From Klebsormidium nitens (lineage: Eukaryota; Plantae; Klebsormidiophyceae): DNA of 64,000 nucleotides. Position numbers and translations under genes: made by a program. The stretch's first letter is position 1. Each line of letters opens with the position of its first letter. The notes under the pieces are model-generated. The model did no database searches. It saw only the letters and a list, made by a program, of their open reading frames with translations, and was not told where the DNA came from. The DNA lies in assembly GCA_000708835.1 (NCBI GenBank), contig DF237013.1:129071-193070 (forward strand), given 5' to 3'. Shown here in pieces: positions 50,101-59,653 of the stretch.

Positions 50101-53100
50101 CTTTCGGAACGCCTGCATTGGTCTCCAACCTACAAGAACGAGCTCGTTTTGCTCAGTTCCATTTGACGATCATTACTTGTTCGTTTTCTGGCACCCGGAA
50201 GAAGTTTCTGGAAGCTTGTGTCTGTCAGGACGATGGTCTTCGTCTGCCTTCAAGAGCAGGCAATGCGAAGGGCATGTTGCTTTGTGGTCGCGCCTGTAAA
50301 TTTATCGACCTCAAAGTTTCGCTCTCCTACTTCTCCTATTTTCTCAGCGGTCTAACTTCGCAAGTGGCTGCTTGCGAAGATTCTCGTTCCGTCTCAACAC
50401 GTTGGCTTGCGCGTTGCTTATTGCTCAGAAGTCTTGCTCAGCCAGTACTTCACCCCTCGTGAGAACTTTGGGCTTTCTGAAGACAAGATCCGGACAAAGT
50501 CGTCTTTGACAGAAAGAGGCACCCCCTTGCTTGCCTGCCAACCGCAGAAGGAGATGCGTACCTATGCAGAGCGAATTTCACTATCAAGATTATGTTGAAA
50601 GCGGCAAGGATGGCTCTTGCTTGTGGACTTCTCCAAGCCTCGATCAAAGGAGGTTCCTCTAATGCCAACCTCAACTACCAACCTCGCTCTCAATCTTGTC
50701 ACCCCATACTTTCCTCTCGCCCAAAATAGATGCTGACATATTCAGCTTAGCAGCTAGCTTTTTCTCTCGCCTTGCATCAAGCCCGTGTCTGTTATCACGG
50801 ACCTCGTCTCTGCTCCTACAGTCCAATGAGTGGCTATCGTGTGACTTGTCGGGATGACTGAACCGCTCGTTCTTTGCCCCTGGATATCATTTACGGTGCC
50901 TCTAAAGTAGGACAAAACACTGCCCAGAGGGGTTCCATTGTCAACTGCTAACCTACTACAAGCTCCCAAGTCGAAGCCGTCCGTTGGCATCCCTTGCGCA
51001 TCTGTACGGATGCTCCCGTCCGCTCTTCATCTTCTGATTGTATGATAGGCGTTGCTTCTCCAGTTTTAACGAACCGCTGTGACTGCGCACATGGCAACAA
51101 CGGCTTGGTAGCCTTGACTGACGCCAAACGATACCACCTGTTTATCTGGCAATCATATGCTTTTCCTTCTTGGTTCTCGTTCCCCGTGCCGCGTGATGCA
51201 GGTGCCGTCTGTGTCGCTGTGTCATTTTTGAATGATATTCTACCCTGTGCGAGTATTGGTCAACAGAGTCTCTGATATTCGGTTTGCACTTGGACGGCTA
51301 CGATTCTTGGTACTCTGGGCCCACGCTCAGTGCCTCGTTGAATTAGATGATGCCGCCCCGGAAGTACAGCCAACTTTGTCTCTCGATTTCCTCCTGCTGC
51401 AATCACCATCAAGCAGCCCGTGAAGCCATAGAGAGTATCTCATTATATTGTAGCCCCATATCAAGCGGGAAAAAAGGCCCAAAGACTTACAAGATTTCGA
51501 TTCGAATGTTGCCGCTGGTGTTTGGTGACTAGCTCAGCTTCGAGCCAGACTGGCAACCATGTTCCCGGTACTCAAAAGACGAAAGATTTCAGAAAGAAAC
51601 GGTTCAAGGTTTTGTTCCTGGCTTTCCAGAATTATTTCCCGTGCGCGTCGGCCCGCAGGCTTTGCTCTATCCCAGATTTGTCGCCCAGTATATCCGAAAC
51701 CACCTCTTCTTTATGTCGAAAACCCACCGTTTCTTTGTATCGCGCAGGGAAGCAGCGGAGGCGTCCGCAGCGGAACTTCAGAGCCAGGTCGACCAATTGG
51801 AGCAAGACCTCGTCTTCCTCGAGACCAGATACAAAGACGCGCTCGCAAAGGCCAGTGCGACGGCTACCGTCGCTGAAGAACCCAAGCAGACCGACGCCAT
51901 AGAAAAGCTGAAAGAAGCACTCGAGTCCAAGACCCAGCAAGCGGCGGTCGCAAAGGAGTTGGTTCTCCAATTCATGGAAAACGAGCGCGAGAAGGACTTC
52001 GAGCTGAAGCAACTGCGACGCGAGTCCTCGATGATCAAGGAGCGGCTGAGCGAACTAGAGGGGGAGCTCGAAGCGAGCGTCGCCGCGCGCATCGAGGGTG
52101 CGCTGGACGGAAAGGCCGCCAAGCGCGCGGACGGGGACGCGGGCGGGGAGGGCGCGCGCGCACGCTTCGAGGAGCAGCTCGCCGGATTCCGGGCGGAGTC
52201 CGAGCGGGAGGTGGTGGCGCTGCGGGCGGAACTGAAGAGCGCGCGCGAGCAGCTCTCGCGCGCGCGGAAGCAGCACGCGGTGGAGATGGAGGCGAGCCTG
52301 GGGAAACTAGAGCGGGAGTTCCGGGCGACGATCAACGAGCGGGAGAGCGAGCGGGACGGGTGTTTGCTGAAGCTGGGCACTTTGGAGGAAGGACTGACGC
52401 TGGAGATTGCCGCGAGAGAGGCGGCAACGCGCGAGTTGGGAAGCGCCCAAGAAAAGGTACGGCTTTGATTTTGACGTTTTGTTTTCAAAAGCACAGAGTC
52501 AGGTGCGAGTTTCGCGATGGTGTCTTCTCGGAATCGCCTCGTTTTGACGTCCAGAACAGACGGGCATCGACTTTGGACCCAGATACAACAATTTCAGACA
52601 CTGTGGATTGTCGTGAAACCCTTGGAACTTAATTGATTCAGGCTGACGGATGTTTGCTGTTCCTAGGTATTAGCTTCTATGACAGGTTGGTATTCGGGTG
52701 TGTCGATTGTGAATGCACTTGTTTCGAACGACGGAAACACTTGTGTGTAGGTTGATTCCTCAAGAACCTGTCGCGCATCCATACTCCGTTCTCGTTCTTT
52801 GGAACACGTGTCTCGCCTTTTTCTCCCACTTTTCTTTCTCTTGCTTTTCTGTGGAAGATAAGCAGTTGGAAGTCCGCTCACATACCTCAATTGCAAATTG
52901 TCGACCTTTAAAGGTTCCACTCCAACCGCTTTCTATTGCAGCTCCACGATTGGGAGCGGCGCATAAACCTTCTCTGCATCTCACTAACCTTGTAGAGTTC
53001 CTAACTCAAGTGTTCAATTCCCAACCCTTTTCCTTTTGCAGCTCCTGGAGTGGGAGCGGTGAGCAAAGGAGATGGATGGCGCGCTGAGGCCCCTTTTCAC

Positions 53101-56100
53101 TACTCTTTTAATGACCTTTCGATGACCTTTTAAAAGTTCAACTCCTGATTGTCTTCCTTTGCATCTGTTTAAGTAAATGCGGCTCACGAGCTGTATGCAA
53201 TTGTCACTGACGTTTTCAACGTCCGAAACATACACGTTTTCTCTTTCAGCTGTTGGAGTGGGAGCGGCGAGCAAACGAGATGGAGGTTGCCCACGCGGCC
53301 GCGCTCGAAACCGAACGGGAAGCATCCCGGCAGAAGTTGGAAGCGCTGTTCTTGGACTGCGAGAAAGCGCGCGACGAGGCGCGCGAGAAGGAGGGCCAGC
53401 GAGTGACGCTCGCGCAGCAAACGGAGCAGCTGCAGGTCGCCCTGGCGGAGGCGGAGAGCAAGCGGGATTTGCAGGCGGCGAAAGCGAACGATGTGCAGGC
53501 GGGTGAGAGTTTTGAGATACGGGTATCCGCCACTTTCAGCTTTTGAGGTTTTGGCGCTGTACTGCGTCGCAATTGTAGGAAGCTAAGAGCAAGCAGTAAT
53601 TGCAGGCGGCGAAAGTGAACGATGTGCAGGCGGGTGAGAGTTTTGAGATGCGGGTATCGGCCACTTTCAGCTTTTGGGGTTTTGGCGCTGTACTGCGTTG
53701 CAATTGTAAGGGTTTGGAAGCCAAGAGCAAGCGAAACCTGCAGGCAGCAAAGGTGCATGAGTTGAAGACGGGTAAGAAATCCGCGATACGGTTTGTTTCT
53801 ACTATGAGCCTTTCCTAATCTTTGGTTCTGGATGAGTTGCGGAAGAAAGTTATTGGAAAGCCAAGAGCAAGAAATTGCAGGCCGCGAAAGTGAGCGATGT
53901 GCAGACGGGTAAGGGTGCGGCGATCGGATTTTTAGGGGATGGTTTAGATTCTTCCTCTATTGCCCTAATGTAGGGCGGTTTAAACCTGACGTTCTAAAGC
54001 ATTCTCGGACAAACTTGGTTCTGGGTTGTTCAATGGCCCACAAGTATCGATTGTACGACCCATGTTATGTCACGTGCGACCTTTTGACAGGACGCGCAAA
54101 GTGGTATACAAATTGTATACGTGACAATATTCGCGAACGCACTATTCGCGACGTTTTTTTCGAAAGGTCCCTCTGTACAACGACTTTCTTTCAGTTTTCA
54201 GTAGAGAGCTCTAGCTCCTTACCTAACACTAAGTCCCCCATCTTTGACAGCCATACCCATTTAAAAATCCTGAAATCTCAAAAGCTAAGACTCTCAAGCC
54301 GACCCCACCCGTCCTAGTTCGGCAACCTTATCATTCTTCACGCTAGTACCATATTGAGTCCAACAAATCTGACTGTCCGCTTCCTTATAGCCTTCGCCTT
54401 CAACGAAGACATCGTCGAGGAGGCACGTGCCAAGCAGAGCCGCTACGAGGCCGAGCTGGAAGCCCTGGCCAACCAGCATGCGACACGTGTCCAAGAGCTG
54501 GAAGGTGACGCCGCGGCGGCGTGGGCCGAGCAGGAGCGGCTAGCCACTGAGCACGCGACACGTGTCAAGTCCCTGGAAGACGCCTGGGCCGCCGACAAAG
54601 CCGAGTTGGACGCGCTGGCCAATCAGCATGCGACACGTGTCAAGTCCCTGGAGGACGCCAGGGCCGCTGATGCTGCGGCGGCGCAAGCAGAACAGGAGCG
54701 GTTGCAGGGAGAGGTGTTGACACTGGAGAACCAGATTCGGGAACTCAAGGAGGCGGTTGAGGGCGCTGAGAAAGAAAACGAGGAGACTCGTGCTAAGGTG
54801 AGGACTCGTGAGTTCGCGTTCAAATTGTTCAGGGTTTAGGTCTTACATTTGAGCACTTTCAGGGGCTTGAAATAAGGGAGGACTCTGGGGAAGCAGCATT
54901 CGCTTCTTGGAGTGGGGGGGTGGTCGACAACGTGAGAAAGGGGAACAGAAAATGGGGCATCTCGTACAAAGTGAAACGGTCAGATGTAATGTCCTTGACG
55001 GGTTTGCAAGTGAATAGCCCACTTCGGTCTTTGTTCATCGGAGGCGAGAGCATCATCTCTTGCGCATGACGTGGGTGCTTGCAGAAGAAGTTCTTTTCAG
55101 GTTTTCGAGTGTAAGGTCAGTGCAAATCTAATTGTATTTGCCTGTCATCACTTCTTTATCGGTGCATACAAAGCAGAGGTTTACTTTAATGCAAGTATGG
55201 TCTATATTGATATGAGATCCAAGTCGGAAACCGCAGGTCTGTTTTTCAGCCGTTTCAAATTCTCTCGTCGCTCAGACGACGAAGTCTGCTGCCCATAAAC
55301 GGTACACGAATTGGCTCGGTACTATTTGGAAACTTCTCTTTTATCTTTCAAGTGCCTGGTCCATGTGACACAAAGTGAACCCCAGCGAGGCAGAATCTGG
55401 GGCAGAGTGGTCCCAGACTTTGCAACCCGACGCAACAAAACACAACTGAGCGGTGCAGGAGTTTTTAGTACTCACTTGTCTCACCTGCCTCCAATCTTTG
55501 TGTGACAGGTGGCGCAGCTCGAGTCCGCCAACGCCGACGCCGCGCAGCGCCTTGCGCGGATGGACGATCTTGATCGGCAGCTCTCCGCCAAGGAAGCGGA
55601 CGCCGAAGTGCAGCGCGACCTGTGGGCGCGCATCGCCGAGCTCGGTGACGTCATCTGGGACAAGGACAACGTCATCAGCGCGAAGGATGACGTCATTGCG
55701 GGGCTCGAGGCCGAGCGGGCAAAGACCGCCGCGGAAGCGCTGGAGAGGCTCGAGGAGACGGACGCACTGAAGGAGAAGATTCGGGCGCTTTTGGAGGAGC
55801 AAGATATGGCGTTGGAGGAGGCTCGGGCGGAGGGGGCGGCGGGCGACGAGGAGCTGACACGTGTCAGGCAGCGGTTGCGCGAGGTGGAGCGGGCGCTCCA
55901 GGGCAGCCAGGACGAGCTTCGGGGAGCCCAACTGGAGGGTGAGGAGGCCGTTAACGAAGTTGATTACGCATAACCATGTTCGCTCGAAGAAGTCGGTTCA
56001 GGTGACCCGTATGCCTTCAGTTTCAGAGTGGCTTCCCCTCCTTGAAATTTGCAATAGGCGTACCATTAGTTTGCAAAATTCGTTCGAACGCCGCGGCGGC

Positions 56101-57983
56101 TTGTGTGCGCTCACGACCGCCTCGTACCAACGGCCAGGTCAAGGGCAGTAGATCTGCGGGCACTCAAGGTGCAAAGGCAGGCCACTCAAAGACGTGCAAC
56201 GCCTCGCTGATTGATCTATCTGGTCCTGTTCCCCAGTGTTGAGCCTATTGGATGTCCCGTTGACACGCTTCTCTTGCCCAGATCAGCAGCAGCCACACCT
56301 CTGTAACGACTATCGCCGCTATGACGTCAAGCCGCAAAGACAGTGACCCGTCAATCGTGCTCGATATCCTCTTTGCTTGCACCATCTTTCGGAATCACAG
56401 GCGAGTGGTCCGCTAAGCAGTGGCCACGATTGTCTGGCACAACGACAGAGAGATCACGAGAAAGCGGGTAATACTTGAAGCTTAAGCGCTGAAACGCGTC
56501 TTGTTTTGATCTGCAGAAAGGAGGCTTGAGCTCGAGTTGACATCCGCCAAAATAGCCTCGCACGAGCAGCGGCAAGCCTTTCAGCAGAAGGTGGACGGCT
56601 TGGAGCGCGCTCTTCAGGCGAGCGGATCCGAACTGCAGCGGTCGGCGGAAACGGAACGAGGCTTGAGTGACGGGATCGAGGAGGAAAGGAGGTCGAAGGA
56701 AGGGGCGCTCGGCGAGTTACAGGTGAACCCGCACCTCCGAACCGCTTTTGGCTGTTGCAGAATGGACGGTTAGCAGAGCTCGAGGCTGTCATATACCCTA
56801 GAAGGGCACAAAAAAGTCAACGTACTGACATCCAAGCGCTTCTGGTCTATCCTTTTGTGCGACTTGATGAACTTCTGTAAATCAGTGCCTGCATTCCGTA
56901 TCGCCTATGGAAATACTGAAAAGGAGGCGCCCAAGGCCTTGACAATGAGACTGTAGGCGCTGCCCCACTGCACTTTTGCAAATTGCTTTGTCGAACGAAA
57001 TAGGGCCCTATCTCGCCGCAGAGTTTCGGCGATGCAAGAGATTGTAGCTACGCCTTCCGACTGCCTACCCGTCATGATGGTTGACAACTGTGTGTATATA
57101 TTTTTCAAAAGGAGGAGTTGATGAAAACCATCGCTACAGATATGGTATGCACTGCGCTGCTGATTATGACATATTCACACCCGGTCAGAGGACGCTTAAA
57201 CTGTGCCTCAGTCGATCCGATTTGTTTCTGCTACTGCTGTGACCCGCCAGAAGGTCTTGGCAAAAAAGGAATTTGAGGTTTGGCAACCTCGAAAACTTTC
57301 GATGAGGAGTCAGGCGGAGTCGGGGCCAAGCCTAAACAGCTCACCTGGTCTCCTTGCAGGACCGAGAAGCGGCCATCACATTCCTTCAGCGCTACTTCGA
57401 GGAGCGTTCCAGTCTGGACGTGCAACTGTCTGAGCTGGGCAGTTTGGCGGCAAAGATCGAGGCCGCGAAACGGGATCCTGATGAGAATGGGCCCCAAGGT
57501 GTGAACGAGTCCGAAAGTCTACCCAGCCTCGAGGCGGAGTTTTCGAGGATGCTGCGGAAGTTTGAGAATGCAGTTGCCGAGACTGCCGAAACTTTTGGGT
57601 TTCTAAACGGAAACGGTCTGGAGAATGACCGGGGTTCAAGTGCGAGGTTAGGCAGGGTTAGCGGGGCGAGAAACGGGGTTCCGGCGCCGCGAGCGCTGGG
57701 TTTGGTCGGGGTGGAGGAGGTTGCGGGGTCCGCGCTGTCGGACCTGAACGAGAGATTATTCACAGCGGAGAAAAAGGCGGATGACTTGCAGGTGGAAATC
57801 CGCCAGCGGGTGGTGAGGCAGATGGAGTGGCAGGATGATAAGAACGGGTCCGAGAAAGCGGGCGTCGAAAGCGTGGATAAGAATGGGACGGGGGCTGGAC
57901 CGCAGAAGTCGGAGATCCAGGACCGGGTCTCACAAATGATACAGACCTTGGCCGAGAAGGAGCCGAGCAGCAAGGAGCAGTGA
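47142..57983 (+). CDS. Large coiled-coil protein with transit-peptide-like N-terminus and one transmembrane helix, 10 exons, 1331 aa; architecture reminiscent of MFP1 but no homology recognised
   Basis: Exons 47142-47957, 48363-48454, 49116-49284, 49574-49863, 51748-52456, 53250-53502, 54391-54797, 55509-55938, 56517-56722, 57360-57983 (3996 nt, GT-AG, phases consistent). S/A/R/H-rich, acid-poor N-terminus; hydrophobic AAAFLAAIVFAGMAVLAVKVV; then more than 1000 aa rich in E/A/L/R/Q/K. Confidence 0.85.
52925..53090 (+). repeat. Two degenerate upstream copies of the 3' splice junction of coiled-coil gene exon 6
   Basis: TTGCAG|CTCCACGATTGGGAGCGGCG (52942) and TTGCAG|CTCCTGGAGTGGGAGCGGTGAGCAAAGGAGATGGA (53042) versus authentic TTTCAG|CTGTTGGAGTGGGAGCGGCGAGCAAACGAGATGGA (53250). 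Confidence 0.8.
53450..53935 (+). repeat. Four 131-138 bp units copying the end of exon 6 plus its 5' splice site
   Basis: The unit AGAGCAAGC...TGCAGGC.GC.AAAG.GA.CGATGTGCAG.CGG|GT.AG has donors after 53502 (authentic), 53633, 53771 and 53908. Confidence 0.92.
54450..54680 (+). repeat. Three in-frame 75-nt (25-aa) repeats inside coding exon 7
   Basis: CGACACGTGTC at 54481, 54556 and 54631 (period exactly 75), encoding LANQHATRVQELE / LATEHATRVKSLE / LANQHATRVKSLE. Confidence 0.92.
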
Positions 57984-59653
57984 AGAGTTTGTGTGCATAG
58001 AAATGGACACGTCTTGCTTGAGCCGCCCAGCGTTGTTTAGTATTCGCATAGCAAAGACGCGCAGAGTTGCGTAACATACTGCAAGGATTTAACCATGAGT
58101 TCACCATTTGGCCAAAGCAAGGACCATGTGTAATATCCACTAGGTAGGTCGATTGATTGAGTGGAGGTGACAGGAAATAACTTCAATATTGATTTTAGAT
58201 TGTAGCAGCAAAAGCTTCTACTTACATGCATTGGACGCCCTCTTGATTGGTGTAGATCCAACTTCATCCATATTTATCTATGCGGGCACTGCCATGGACG
58301 TGCCAGAGCTGCTGTAAAGCTCTAAGTTCATTACCGTCTAGTCGGACGATGACCGATCTGGCAAAAGGATGTGCACATAATGATTGCACGTGCGGCACTG
58401 ACTCCTATATGTATATGATACACCGTCGTGTATGCGACACAGGCGGCCGCGGCCCCGGGCCATGGGCCCACGCCAGAATTATACTAATTTATATCTAGAG
58501 GCCGAGCATGATATAATAAAAGTCGATGCATGCATGCGCAGTACCATGTGCATATATGCGAATAAATTATAGCGTATATATATACCGGTACTTCACGACG
58601 GTATACGTTGCATCATATACATAGACATACAAATATGCGGGACGCAGTAGCTACCATGAGGTAGATGCAATGATGTGCAGTGACATGGTATTAAGAAACA
58701 TTGCCGTGCCCGCGCGCGATTTCACATATGACATGCACTGTTGGCACGCACGTACCGGGCATGCACGTACCATGGAGCACGCATGAGAGCGCGCCGAGGT
58801 GCGGGATCACTCATGCACTACCGTAATGCACAATTAAAGGGGACGGTCACTGACGCGCCATGAGCCTTTCAGAAATTGATTATTGACATATGCATGTACA
58901 TGTTCGTGATACCGCAGCCGCGTACGGATCTGCTGCAGGGCGTTTAGATATTATACTCTTATCGCCGGGAAGCGCGATTACATGTATTGGAAAACGGGGC
59001 TGCAATTGATTATATAGGTAGGGATTCTTTTCAAGTTTATTTATCCTGTCCTTTCTATAGTCACTGACGTCAGTTGTGCCAAATATTAGTCAGACCTTGA
59101 TGATTATTGACTTCCTTCTAATGCTTAGCTTAGCCAAGACATTCGTCGCCAATACCCGCCAGTCCTTGCTGTTACCAGCATTCAAGGCCTTCCATGCATC
59201 ATTTTCCGATAATATTATGCTCCCAGGTCGCTTATTCCTGTCGAACCTTGTTGAGAGCCTACTGACCTATGTACACCGATACTAGTCAGTCCTGCACAAG
59301 AAACCCATAAGCAGCAGGCTGGTCTATCAGGGTGACAACCTGCTTTGCAGACGCATTTTCACTTATTCCAACCCCCAATTGCAATGATCAAATTCGCGAT
59401 GCTTATAACGTAATAACACTGCTGGCCCTTTCCAATTGCTCACCCCCTTTCTCCAACTTGCCTCCACCCGTCCCTTCGCCATTGCTATACCCTGCCCATC
59501 CAAATTGCATGTACGTATACGACCTTCAAACACTCCCTTTCGCCGCGTCCGTTCTTGCCGCAGATATGTCTCTTTCTAGCACGTTCCACGCTTAAATGAA
59601 ATACCTCCCCGTAGAATTCCAGAAGCAAGTGTCCAACTCGCGACACCCCCCTT

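Noticed and set aside
51778-52494. Long antisense ORFs over GC-rich exons (e.g. 51778-52494, 10597-11343, 57392-57973, 55341-55931)
   Set aside because: Shadow frames of GC-rich coding exons on the opposite strand, with S/A/R-rich nonsense composition and no splice or homology support.
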